From: Cyanidioschyzon merolae
Taxonomy: Eukaryota
Direction: 5' to 3' (one strand)
NCBI GenBank assembly: GCA_000091205.1
Contig: AP006502.2
Length of the DNA stretch: 64,000 nt
The position numbers and the translations under genes were made by a program. Below are positions 1 to 11,989 of this stretch, piece after piece. The notes under the pieces are model-generated. The model saw nothing but the letters and a program-made list of their open reading frames with translations, ran no database searches and was not told the origin of the DNA. Positions within the stretch are counted from its first letter, which is position 1. Each line of letters starts with the position of its first letter.

Positions 1-2352
1 AAGTGTTTTTCGCAGTATAGAACGGAAGCGTTCAAAGAGCGTTCAAGAAATAAAAATAAAAAACTAAAAAAAGAAAAGTTATGAAAAAGCAAGTCCACGA
101 TCCTGGAGGCGCATTGGCGCCGGCTGCCAGAAAAAAAAAACAAAAAAACCGTACGGAATCCAGAAGAAAAGGAAGAGAGGAAGGACCGAAAGTGGGAGGC
201 CCTACGTTGAAGGCGGCAAGAAAGACAACTGTACGACGAGATGGTGGTGAAAGCCATTCATCTTGGACATATCAAGGATCCCTACAGGGGAAAGCTGCGA
301 GACGCTATCAAAAAGCGTGTCGACTCGTACTCCAAGAGTATTGTCAATGCGTCGTCGGGACTGATGTATTTGGCGAGGAAGATGTACGAAGACGTGAAGC
401 ACATGGAAACGGTCGAGATTCCAGACAAGTTTTTCGACAAGACGTTTATTCGTCACCTGATGCTTGGCACAGAGAAAGCGCGGATGGAAAATGAGCGGTT
501 GCATGTTCTCCACGAAAAACATCCCTTTTACAGCTTCAAGGGTACTCGAAACAAGGGTGACTGGGGTGTTTACGACTGCGGGTCGATGAAGTACATCACG
601 AATCTGAAGAACCATTTGACAACGAACCTCGAACGTTGCATGATACGCGCCGTATTTGCACTGTTCCCTGGCATCTCTCGCAGGAGGATATGGGCGATTG
701 TCAACGGCATCACGAATGATCGCAGGCATGAAGGTGAGGTCGAATTCGTCGACAGGAAGGCGTCAAAAGAGAGCACGAATGAAGCTTCTGTAATCCGTGC
801 GGTTATACAAGAGCACCGTGCAATCTTGGGGTTGGCAAATCCAACAGACAACATATCAGAGCTGAACAAAAGATAAGGAAAGATACTATCGCCTCGTCCG
901 GCGGTATATCGTGCTTCTGGACCGAGAGCTCGAACGCAAGGCAGAGATGAAGCTGAGCGAAGAGACAAATGACGAGTGGGAGAGATGGAAGGCGTTCCTA
1001 ATGGGTAAGCGCCTCAGCGTCGTTCCAATGTGCAACATCAAGTCACATTTTGCGAAAGTCGACCCCAACGCACATTACAGCAAAATGAAGGAGATCTGTC
1101 CGGAGGTCGATGTAAAGAAGACAGAGTTCACCGGTGAAAACCGGGAGACGTGCTGGAAGAATATCTTCGATTTCAAACGCCTCAAAGTCAGCAAACAAAA
1201 GGTATTTACTGGGTTGATCGAAACCGATGGAGTAGCCTTGTGTGTACACTATCGGCGGTTGAAGAGAGATCGTCCAGTTCCGCCCTCGGCTTCGCCCGTG
1301 ACGAAGGATGGAGATGAGAAGAAGGCGGATCCTGTGATGCAGGAGGTGTAGGATAACGCCTTTATGGTTGGCGCGGCGAAGCATGAAGAAAACAAGAAGG
1401 CGGGCCCTGAGACACAGAAAGTGCAGGATAACGATCTTGTCGTTGGCGCGGGCCCCGGGAATACGAATATCATAATTATCGCAGCACCGAAGCGTGCGGA
1501 AGATGGTACTGACAGCAACTTGCGTCAGAAAGACATGCGTCTTTTGAGGTTCTCGAGAGCGATATACTATCGAGAATCGGGTATAACGAATGCAAGGAAG
1601 AAAATTGGGACGTGGAATGCAGGAATGAAGGATCGCCTGGAAGCTTTGAGCGAGGTGACGAGCCGCGGAGCGGACTTTACAGCTTTTCGGAAATTCGTGG
1701 AAGATCGTGTTGCCCATTGAGATGCGCTGTGGGAGGAGTATACCAAGCCCGGTGGGCTCGTCTGCGATTGAATCTATACAGTGGGAGGCAGCGGGCGTTT
1801 GCCAATTTTTTCAATCAGCTGAGCGCCCTCAAGGAGGATGAAAATCAGAGGCTCGTAGTAGCGTACGGAGCAGGGCGATGGAAGACCCAAAAAGGGACTA
1901 CGCCAGCTCCAACGACAAGAACGTACAAGGAGTGTGCACGGCGTTTCGTTACGATACCAGTAGATGAGTTCCGAACATCGTATACACACCAAGAGTTGGG
2001 GTGTACACTTCAGAGAGTCGAGATGGAAAAGTGTCAGCGGAGCCCTGAGGAAATAGCAAAGTACGCACCGCTAACAGAAGAGCGAATGGAAAGAAGAGCG
2101 AAAGTTCGTGGACTACTTGCATTAGTGAGTACAACTCCCAACGGCATGAAACGCATGGAGTTTGTGAACCGTGACTTAAATGCCGCTATCAGTATAAGGA
2201 AATGTGCGGTGCTGGAGAACTGAACTCCAGAGTTGACACGAGAGAAAACTTTATTGGACAACCTCTCAAAGTGGAACTATATGAGAAACAGTTGGAAGCA
2301 GTAGTGGGTGGCCGGTCCAAGAAAACTGAGAGGCGTCTGCACGTCAGTTCAA
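1..2352 (+). mobile_element. TnpB/Fanzor-like transposon-associated element, copy 1. The left side runs off the window edge. The right end is inferred where homology to copy 2 stops, just after ...GTCTGCACGTCAGT.
   Basis: Homologous along its whole length to 24311..26553 at nucleotide and protein level. About 240 bp upstream of the first ATG are conserved in both copies. Confidence 0.6.
241..2223 (+). pseudogene. Fanzor/TnpB-like RuvC nuclease gene, decayed. Segments: ORF1 241..876, middle region 911..1351, RuvC region 1364..1720 and 1612..2223. Disrupted by an in-frame TGA and a 1-nt deletion at ~1715-1745, and by a premature stop plus frameshift at ~2219 before the conserved C-terminal tail.
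   Basis: Paralogous to the intact 309-aa ORF of copy 2. The RuvC-I-like motif here reads [16 protein letters not shown] where copy 2 has VVDADPGN. The C-terminal NRDLNAAISIRK matches the D-x-NAA-x-NI RuvC-III signature of TnpB/OrfB_IS605. A Cys/His cluster sits between them. A putative 36-nt GT..AG intron lies at 1346..1381. Confidence 0.6.
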
Positions 2353-2441
2353 GACGCTATGTCTAGGGCGCGGTTGCCGCCACTACTGTACACCGCTGGC
2401 GACAACGTTTTTCTTTCGAAAGGCGTTTGTTGTTGGCGGTG

Positions 2442-3773
2442 ATGGCGACTCTCACCCGAGCGTCTGTCCGCGTGCCCGTAGCGCAACAGGCGGAAGTTCT
2501 CAGAGCCAGCGAAAAAGATAAGCAAGTACGGAATGAGCTCGCACGGGCGCTGCAAAATATATGGCAAGGCGGCAGTATAGTCCTGGGCCGTTTCCTTCAC
2601 ATCCAGCGATTAAACCAACGCTGGTCGCGTGCACAGCGGGCCCCAAGTCGTGTGCCGTTGTCAACCGGGCAAGCGCAAGGAACGTCACGTTCTAGCACAC
2701 TGGGGAGTCTCCAGCAGCCGTGGGAGCCGCTTGGAGCACCACCGACAGCGTTTCGCTTTCTGAGTGACCTCGTCTTCTACTGGAGCACAGTGGGAATCGG
2801 TCGCCAAACACCCGGAGAAGAGTTTTGTGACCTTTTCGAGTGCACCATAGCTACCGGTGATCGCATCCAAGTGGCAACCCTATCTTGGAAACAGCGACTA
2901 TTGGAAACATTGCTCTATGCCACCATCGACTCTTTTCAGCTGCTTCTGTACTGGCTCCGGGTAGCACTGCGTCGAGTCGCCCGGTTCTTGGAGCGTGACT
3001 GGTACTCGCAATGTCTCTTGAGTCGCGAGAGACGCTGCCGAGTAGCCAGTACCTTACGTTTCGTAGACACTTGCTGCGCACGTCTGCAATTGCTACAAAG
3101 CTCCGATCGCCATGCACTGGCACTCACGATACAGTGGCTCATGCGTGTGCATCTTGCACTGTTCTATTTGTATGGGCGCTACTATGACCCAGCGAAGAGG
3201 CTTGCTGGTGTGCGTCTCGTGCATATTGGGCGGTCAAGGGCGTATTCACCTCGATATGATGCTCTAGGTCTTTTGCTCATCGTGCAGCTCGTCCTCGAAC
3301 CCATTGATGTGTTGATGCAGCGTCCAGCATGGAAGCGAAAGCTCCGCGTGCTTTTCAAATGGGCACTTGAGCTGTTTCGCAAAATGTATGCCAGTGTATC
3401 CACCTCGAAGCGAATCGCAGGTGATGGCGTCTCGCAGGCTCGGCCTCAGATGGTGACCGCTGTGCACACCACAGATCGATTCTCGGGCGAAGAAACCGGG
3501 CTTCCTGGCTCCAGAACGACAGATCAACAGCGGTCATGGTCTGTGGTATCGCCCAAATTCGAGCCTGTACCCACTGCAAGGCGAGCGCGAAACGAGTCGC
3601 GACACCGCTGCGTGCTCTGCTTGGATCAGTGCCAGGACCCCACATGTACTGCCTGTGGACACGTCTTCTGTTGGATCTGCATCCTGGACTGGGTGCGTCA
3701 GCAAAACTCTTGTCCAGTTTGTCGTCGAGAGGCACAGTTGAATGACTTACGTTGCCTCTACAGCCTCGGATGA
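2442..3773 (+). CDS. PEX10: Peroxisome biogenesis factor 10 (RING-type E3 peroxin). The ORF is open from 2427 (TTG); the first ATG is at 2442.
   Basis: The C-terminal C3HC4 RING CVLCLDQCQDPTCTACGHVFCWICILDWVRQQNSCPVCR closely resembles the PEX10 RING [25 protein letters not shown]...CPLCR. The N-terminal part is consistent with a Pex2/Pex12-type domain. Confidence 0.75.
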   Translation: MATLTRASVRVPVAQQAEVLRASEKDKQVRNELARALQNIWQGGSIVLGRFLHIQRLNQRWSRAQRAPSRVPLSTGQAQGTSRSSTLGSLQQPWEPLGAPPTAFRFLSDLVFYWSTVGIGRQTPGEEFCDLFECTIATGDRIQVATLSWKQRLLETLLYATIDSFQLLLYWLRVALRRVARFLERDWYSQCLLSRERRCRVASTLRFVDTCCARLQLLQSSDRHALALTIQWLMRVHLALFYLYGRYYDPAKRLAGVRLVHIGRSRAYSPRYDALGLLLIVQLVLEPIDVLMQRPAWKRKLRVLFKWALELFRKMYASVSTSKRIAGDGVSQARPQMVTAVHTTDRFSGEETGLPGSRTTDQQRSWSVVSPKFEPVPTARRARNESRHRCVLCLDQCQDPTCTACGHVFCWICILDWVRQQNSCPVCRREAQLNDLRCLYSLG

Positions 3774-4419
3774 ATTCATTGTATGCCTAAGCGTTCCGTG
3801 CTCGTCGGATCGCTGAAAACGCCCTAATATGACAGTGTCTAACCTGACGGTGATTGCACCCATGCCAGAATTGAGTGGAACAGGTCTTCCAATGTGGACG
3901 TAAACACGTACGAGAGGATCGATTCCAGTTGTCACCAACGCAAGCCATTGCAGGCGTTTTCTGCGACTGCTTCCTTTCTCTCTCTTGTATCGGGTATCAA
4001 GTACGTCGGTCTCCCACTGTCCCTCGAGCTACGTTGCCAGAAGTCGAAGGATGCTGGTAGCAAAATTAAATGAAGTCCCGATTACGCAGTTTCCGGTCGT
4101 TGTTGGCGCAATTCATGTACATGCGGGAGCTTCGATCTAAGCGCCGCATATTATTTTCATCTTCTTTGCGTGCTACCTCGGAACGCGCTTCGCCTGGATT
4201 TCGTCGGGTGTAACTAAGCGTGGACCACAGCGCTCCTCTAGGACTCGCCAAGTCAAGCGCAAAAGTGTACCTGATTGTTCAGCGCATTCTCTTGACGGGC
4301 ACAGAAGGCTGGCCTCGATGCCCGCTATGTTTCCGCGTCTGATGCCGTTCCGGAGATTGCAGGCTTCTGCAGAACAATTGCCGCAGCACGTACTCTGTCC
4401 GCTGTAGGTGCAAGCGCAC

Positions 4420-4620
4420 ACTCTTCCATTCAGCTGAGGTTTTGTGGAAGTCCATCGTATGCATGATGGGGCAAGTCGATCCATTCCGATCCTTTTATGC
4501 TCTTTCCAAAGCGATGACGCACGCTCCAGTGAACGCGATCATTGCGATGACTGAGGCCGAGTCTGGTTCGCTTTTCAATGAAACTAGTATCGTCGAAATT
4601 CTCTAAAGGCATACCCCGTG
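4420..4620 (-). repeat. Dispersed repeat family R, degenerate copy in inverted orientation.
   Basis: The plus strand at ~4490-4580 aligns to the reverse complement of 12070-12160 (...gatgacgcacgctccagtgaacgcgatcattgcgatgactgag...). It encodes a short peptide MTHAPVNAIIAMTE, matching the THAPLEAI-AMT motif of the other copies. Confidence 0.5.
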
Positions 4621-7188
4621 GAATGCATTACTCTGCTGCTCTCGGATGCCATTTGGTTGGCGATCTTATCGAAAACAGGTTTTCTTTGAACGACATCGAT
4701 TATTTGACTTGACGAATTCACGAAATGATCGGCATGAATTTGTGAGCAAGTCGTCGTGAGACAGCACCGAGATTTTTCCATTCCCGCCAAGGAAGCAGCG
4801 CGAATTGCGGCGTCTATGGGTCGCCCTGAAACAGGTAAATCAAAAAGATGAAGATTGCGTGATATGAACGTGCAACGTACAGGGAAAGGAAAGGAATAGA
4901 CTCTTGAACGCGAGAGTTGCATAATAATAACGGTCATGTCATGAAATCTGGTTCGAGAGCGAAGCGAATTAACTAGTGTCTGCTAAAGTAACAAATTCAA
5001 GCTGCGAGCAGTCGAAAAAGTCGCTCCGAAAGGACGCCGGAGAATCCTACAACCATCCATGAATCCGTATGCCCCAGTTGCGGCAGTCGGAATGACGAGA
5101 GTGTGTATCAGAAATGTTCGGAGAATACGTCGAATGGCAGAAACAGGGCGAGCACTTCAGTGTAACAATCTAACCCGACACGCTTACAGATGACGCGACG
5201 ACAATGGCCAAACTTGGTCTGATGCGCGCTTTCGTATTCATGGATATTCTACTCGAACCCTCTTTGCAATCCTTTTCCACCTCATGCGCGTCGGTACGCC
5301 GGCAAGCGTCCAGGCTGTGGAACGCATGCTCCCATTTTAGGTTCAAGCAGCATGCTTTGGGATGAAAACGCCCCCGTGAATCCATGATGAGCAGTAGAAT
5401 AGAAAACTGAATAAAGGGAATGGCTTTGGCTGCAGACCGAACGTCCGCTTGAAGAAACCCACATGGAATTGGTATACAGGCCCACGAAACGGAATTTTAT
5501 AGTGCAAAATCAAATATTCGAATCAGACTTCTCCCACGGCGTCGCTGCAGCAGTCTGTAATCAGGGACGAAACCACGGCAACTCCCCAGATCCGTCTGAG
5601 CTTCGACATCCCCACAAGAGGCTTGCCTTCCGAGACGGAATTTCGATCTATCCAGCATCGTCATATGCGCCGCCGCCGCTATGGCCGCTATCGCCTGCAG
5701 AGACATGATGGCGTTGTGGTGCTGTGAACTGCTTCAGCACGGAAAAACTGAATGGAATCATCCGGAAGCGAAAACAAGTTGCTACGTTCGTGCCGAGAGC
5801 GCCACTTGCAGTTTGAATACAGGCAACGCTTCTGATGATGTTTTGCTTGCGGCAACATGTGCCATAACCCCGGTACCACTGCAACGTGGGAGAAATGCTT
5901 CAAACTTGGACCCTTTCGAGACACGATCTCCGAACCCGTTTCGCCAGTTGAAAGTGGCTGTGCATCTTTTGGGCTCGAAGAAACATAGAGAGTCAAGAAG
6001 CTGCACTCTCCGTCGGCAAAGAGACGAACAAGACATGCATACGAGATCATAGACGTTGCATAGTCTGCAACATTGCTGCCTTCGTTGGGCCCAAGAGGCG
6101 AATCGCTGTATGGTCCGACACCGCAGTTGCCATTCGTTCAACGTTCTCTGCTAATGTTCTGGACGCTGCTCATTCGCTGTCTCTTTTAACCTGAGGCTCA
6201 CTCTAGAATAGGAACTGTACACGTGAGTTTCGAATACGAGGGGTATCCATCCGCAATCGCTCCCAAGGTTCTACAAGACAACTGGCAAGAAGAACCTAAT
6301 ACGTAACGTTCTTCCGGACAGCGTTCTTGCTCGGTGCAGTCAACGCCCGCTGTGCTACTATACTCTGTGACACGCAACGAATAAATAAATAGGCCTGAAA
6401 AGGCGATTTCTATTCTGGTGTCGTATGCAAGAACACGAGGCTCGTCTCGCAGCTGAGTATACCTCAGTGAACGATAGTCTCGCTGACGTCGATTCCAAGG
6501 ACAGCTTCACAACGGAGACGCCGTCTAGGTGCACAGGAAAAGCTTGTCCAGTGAGCCCATGGTGACAAGCTCCCCAGTTCGTCGTGGAATCAGTGACCAG
6601 CTGCGCTATGAAATAACCAGTCAGCAGCAAAGAGCCAAAGCGGTTACAAGTCCAGAGCCGAGTGCTCGAAATTGCTTGACAGGGTGCTCTCTCGTGCCTC
6701 TGCCTTCAAACGGCTCCTGCAGTCACTTAAAGTTAAGGAAGCAGACTGAGTGAGCTCCAAAAGCCGTGCGTGAGGCTCAGGGAACCGAAAGTACCCCATC
6801 AACCGAGACGCACCTCGTGCGCTACAGGCACCGGCTGTAGGAAAAGAAAACTTCGTTGAGCAACGTGCCTGCGCTAGGCAGTCAAGCGAGCAGGGAACTT
6901 TGCCGTCTCCACCTCTACCGCAGCCGCCGTACAGCAGCTTGCTCTATATGAACGCTACAAGATAGCTAGCGCGGAGTACCCATGCGCCAAGGTTGCCGCA
7001 GTGCCCCTCAAGGTCACCACCGGACTGCTCCGAGATGCCGGAGCAGCACGGGATTTCTTGCAGGCGCGCAGCGTACACGTTATCGCGTTGCTACCACTCC
7101 AGGGAAGGCTGTTTCAGGGCGGACTTGTAGACGGACCAGCACAGCTTTGAACTTGACAATCCCGTGAAGCAAAGGTGCGTTTGCGCCG

Positions 7189-7854
7189 ATGGGCACCAGG
7201 AAAGAATTGAGCCTCAGCGAACGCAAAGTCGTGGTAAACGTTTACGACATTGTCGACCTGGCAAGCACAAACGACCGGCTCTACCGGCTTGGACTCGGGG
7301 TATACCACACTGGTGTCGTTCTGGGAAGAAGGGAATATGCGTACGGTTTTAAGTGGGGCCCCGGGACGGGAGTTTTCTATACGACACCTCGCTGTGCGCC
7401 AAACGCGCGCTACCGTCAGAGCCTAGAGTTCGGGCCGATTATCGTAACAGCAACGGAGGCGAGAGAGCGCTTCCGAAGAGTTTGTGAAGAGTTTACTGGT
7501 TCGAGCTATCATCTATTGGACAAGAACTGCAACACATTCACCGCTCGAGTTGTTTATGATCTCACGGGCCAGAAACTACCGTCCTGGATCAACCGAACCG
7601 CCCGTTGGGCATCGGTTTTCCGGTGCTTGCTTCCTCCAGAGCTAGCGCAACCGCAGTCCGTGCCGAGTGCAGAGATGCTGCCCTCAAGTCATGCACTGGA
7701 ATATCGATCCATGTTATCTGGTCCTCCGGGGACGGAGGAATGCTCCGATGGGGACGCGCACAGCGGAAGCACGCTGTCGCGGGCGAGCACGCCCCCGAAG
7801 GAGGACTCGCAACCCTTGCCTCCTCGAGTTGAGCTGAACGAGATCCTCCAATAA
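7189..7854 (+). CDS. PPPDE/DeSI-family desumoylating isopeptidase (DUF862).
   Basis: ATG start. VVVNVYDIVDL...GVYHTGVVLGRREYAYGF matches the PPPDE signature (VxLNVYDL...GxxHxGVEV..xEYxFG), followed by a conserved Cys-containing core. Confidence 0.7.
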   Translation: MGTRKELSLSERKVVVNVYDIVDLASTNDRLYRLGLGVYHTGVVLGRREYAYGFKWGPGTGVFYTTPRCAPNARYRQSLEFGPIIVTATEARERFRRVCEEFTGSSYHLLDKNCNTFTARVVYDLTGQKLPSWINRTARWASVFRCLLPPELAQPQSVPSAEMLPSSHALEYRSMLSGPPGTEECSDGDAHSGSTLSRASTPPKEDSQPLPPRVELNEILQ

Positions 7855-10800
7855 GGAGACAATCGCACGCTGCAATATCTACAAGTAAGTCAGAAAGGCT
7901 GATGGATTTCAAATTTTTACTTTCCTGCACGAAGACTATATGAAAAACGTGCTCACCACTGCCGAGGAATGTCTTGAGAGAAGCTGTTTCGCGAAGCGCG
8001 CAGTAGGTGCTCGAAACGGGCTGTTGATGTCTTGTAGATGAAACCGGCAGCACATGGATCCGTTTTTGCAGGTCTCCGGAGAGTATCTGTGCAGTGCCAG
8101 TGCGCTAGTGCATCGTGCACACGGATACTCGTCGCTGTGTGATATATTCAGACTTGTGTGCTTCCACGAATCGCATCCTACTTATGTGTGCTCCGATTCT
8201 GTTCTCTGCCCGAGCTTGCACGATCGCACGTGCAAGCACTTGGCAGGGACACGTTTACAGCGAGTACACAAACTTGGTCTCGTTTGTGCGGAAGCGATCT
8301 CGGTAACTTCTGAGCGCGGCGCTCGAGTGCATAGAGGTCTGTTGCGCCGAGCAAGTGCTGCAGTCTCGAGGACAGCGCCCCCGGACTAGCACGGTCGTTC
8401 AAATAGCTGGTGTGTCGGCGAGTGTTGGTAGAGGACAGGTGACGCTTGCATGCCATGTTCGCCGCATTACACTTGGGAACTTGAAACGACGACACAGGTA
8501 CGTTGTTCTGCGGTCACGATCCCGATACGCTGATATAGGCCTGCTGGTTTTCCAAGTCTTTTTCAAAAGCATGTGCTCTAGAGCACGCTCCTTACCAGTA
8601 ACCGAACGGGAATCCCGGGGAGAGCCGCAAACGTTTCTGTTTTCTTCACTGTAAAGTCATGACCTCGTTATAATCAGAGCGTTAAATTTTGGAACATCTG
8701 TACCAGCACATTTTCTTGATTCGAATCGTTTCTCTTACAAGTATTCAACAGAAAGAATGTTTCATGTATGTTGGGGAAATGTGGCGGTAAGACCCGATGC
8801 TCGCACCGTCAGCTTGCGAGGAAATGGTCTCATGTGTTCAACTCACTCATTCTGGGGTCAGCAGGTAGATGAACTACCCTATTTGTTGTCACCACACAGA
8901 ACGTCTTGCGCTGAATAGCTAATTTCCCAAACCCTGTTTGTAAGGCAGTATCCTCGCCAATTCATTTTACTCTGGATGCTCTCCGAGAAATCGTGTTGAA
9001 AAAGCTACTGAATGTGAACATGGCATATTGTTGAGACGAACTCTGATAAAGAGACACGAATGGGCGAAGAAAGTATGCAAGCATCTCTGCAACTCCTTCG
9101 TGCAATGAAAAATACTCCACTGATATCGCACTGAAACACGAACGTGTAGTATATGAAGGACTCGTGCTCGTATCATTCTATCAGAACATATTTGGTACAA
9201 ATACTAGTCCTGGATACGGACGCCCAAAGAGGGGCAAAGCGCTATTCATAAAAAGATGAGATGAAGGACCCCATCCAGAACAGCACAGCTTCCTACTCGA
9301 TGGCGCCTCGCCCAGCTTTCCTCGCTTTGGTGTATCTCGTGAGGAACTATTCCTTGGGGTTCCAGGCGCAGGGCCCCCCGTCGTCCATATTTTTCAGTAA
9401 TCCTTCCATCAAACCTTTCGACGACAACACTGCCTATGTTCGGGACGAAATGTGCAATACGACCTTGTCGTAGAATCATTGATTTGCAGAAACACGTCCC
9501 AACATATCTCGACCTGTCGCCGCGCCACATCGTTGATCGGAATTTCCACTGCGCTCGTACCAGAAAGCCTCAAAACAACCACAAAGATTAGAAGCATATG
9601 CGGCCAATGACGAACGCTTCATGGGGTGCACTCTCTGGGTATTCTACCCATCGTAATCTCGCATTGGTGTTCCCGAAAACTGGGGACGTATGTAATGTAC
9701 TCATGGGCCAATTGATGAAGGCAAAAGACGAGCTGGAGCCGGAAGAAATCAAAGCGGTAGCGAGCTCCGAAGTGATGTCGCAAGAAGAGCGAGAATCACA
9801 TCAGATCGTCCAAGCAGCACGCGTTAATCTCGGCCTCGGACGGGCAGACGTCGCATCCAAAGGACAGTCGAACTGCCACAGATACCCAGCTTGCATCTTG
9901 CGCTATTACGTTTTCCTGAACAGAGCTTACCAGAGAGCAATGCAGACTCCCACCCCGAATCCGAATGCCTTAGCCTCCGAAAGCGTCTGTTCGTTGTCAT
10001 TCCCGTATGTCAGATAAAGGTCTATTCCGTCACCGTTTACAGTCGTGCACTGAACTGTATGGCCTTCTCAGAAAGCGACGGCCCGTCTCTGCGTAGAAGC
10101 ATGAAGGATTCGACCAATTGCGCGATGAGCAGCAGCAGAACACCTTCAAAGAATCTCATAGTTACAGAGGAAGTTGAAAGCTGTTCACACGTAAAATGGA
10201 TCGATGAAAAGTCAGTCTGTATGTAATTGATGAAAGCTTGGCCTGAATTGAGCGACGAGTTTCATTTTCAAACATTCAAGGTAGATGAAGAGGTGAAATC
10301 CGTTTCGGATATGGATCACGGATTGAAGGGCATCATGGCCGTCGCCATACCTTCAAGTCAAATGGATGGAGATACAGGGCAGAACTGAAAGCAGATGAAT
10401 TAACAAGACTGTTCCATTGCTCAGCGTCATAGAGATTTGGGGTTGATGGACACAAAGAGACGTACCAACATTTAGAATCAGGGCGTCCGGACCGTCCTCG
10501 ACGAATTGAGCACTGTCTAGAGCAGCAAAATGCGCCGCACGCTGCATTTAGAGCGCACATGATTTTCCAAATGGTCTAAGCGAATGAGCTTTGGCAGGAG
10601 TACTTGCGACCACGTCTGTGTAGCCAGCATTTTGGGTTGTATGGAGATATCACGTGTTCCTGAACATGTTCAATGATTTAGAGAATGATGTGACCCATAC
10701 GCGCCGTCTTTCGGTAGTAGGCTCAGGCTCTGAATGTACAGACGCGTGCGGCAGCCGTACGCCTTCTCCTTCGACGACAGCATACAAAGAGTGCAAAAAT

Positions 10801-11989
10801 CGATTTTGTGCGATTCTAATCGATAATTCCAGTTGCGACTTTAGCGTACAGTGGGCACTCGTGCCCGCTGATACAAGCGGGGAAGTAGAGAATGAAACAG
10901 AGGCGAATACAAGAGATGATGCTCGGTACGCTGACCAGACGTCAAATGGCGAGGGAATCGAAGGCAAGAGACAGGGTGTGATGTGATCTCACCAGCAACC
11001 GAGCGGAAAAGCACTCTCTGTAGCCGCATTTTAGCAGCTCGATCAATGTCCGGAAATACCTCGTGCTTCTTGAGCATCTAGCGGCGCTGCGTCTAGCAAA
11101 GTTTCAAGGGAGTCTTTTCGCACTCTATTCGGCATTGTGCTAAAACGTTGAAGTGCTCGAAGTGAACTATCAGTTCCCAAGCGAGATCGCATTCGAATCC
11201 CGCCCGAAGCAGGGTCCTGATACATGGCGGTTCAATAATCCAGAACGGCTGGGGCGCCTTTTACGTACACCGGGCACAATTTTTACGTGCTGTTGGCATA
11301 CGACTATGATGTTCCACGACTTGAAATTACTGAGTATATTCTTAATCGCTCGTAAAAGCACATGGTTCGTTAACGAAGGTGAGCCCCTTCCCCAGGGCTC
11401 GCCCGTGCAGGACAAACACGCGCGAGCGAACGCCACGCTCTACTCAGTTCAAAATGGAGTACTGAACTGCTCGCTCTTTTCCTGCAATTGGATCTTTTCC
11501 AGAACTATTTTCTGAATGAGCAGCCCCAAAATTCGAAGTACAGCAATGAGCGCCTACGGATTTACAGCTAGTTCAAGGAAGCTCCGTCGTTGGTTCCTAC
11601 TGGTTCCTTTGAAGCTCTGCCACTGGAATTCGGTGCTTCAACGAAAGTAAGATGATCGATTCGCCACTACCTCGAGCACGAGCTCCCAATACAATCGACA
11701 TTAGCATTCAATTCACACGCTCTAGCCTAGACTACTGCACTTTCCTTGCACATCCCATGCTCAAATCTACGATTCTTCTTGAATCTTCGACCATTCTGTG
11801 CCAAAGCAGCTCGTGGGCACTGCGCTTGGCACCGCTGGATTGAATACCAAAAAATCAAGTACTTTCATTGGGGACTTCTTCACAGGCGCATTCCGAAACT
11901 GCACTGAATATGCGACGCCAAATAATCGATTCCACTTAAAGGACAAATCCATCGCTGTTTGTGAGCATTCAGAGAACCGCATTCGACAG

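Noticed and set aside
81-494. 137-aa Lys/Arg-rich ORF at the left edge, overlapping the Fanzor ORF1 start.
   Set aside because: Low-complexity translation of an A-rich upstream region in another frame. Its DNA is conserved in copy 2 but the ORF is not.
860-915. Programmed +1 ribosomal frameshift between Fanzor ORF1 and the middle segment. The frame offset is conserved in both copies, and the frames overlap by ~11 nt at aaa aga taa.
   Set aside because: No recognisable slippery or shifty heptamer. A short intron explains the conserved offset at least as well. Kept only as an alternative under the intron finding.
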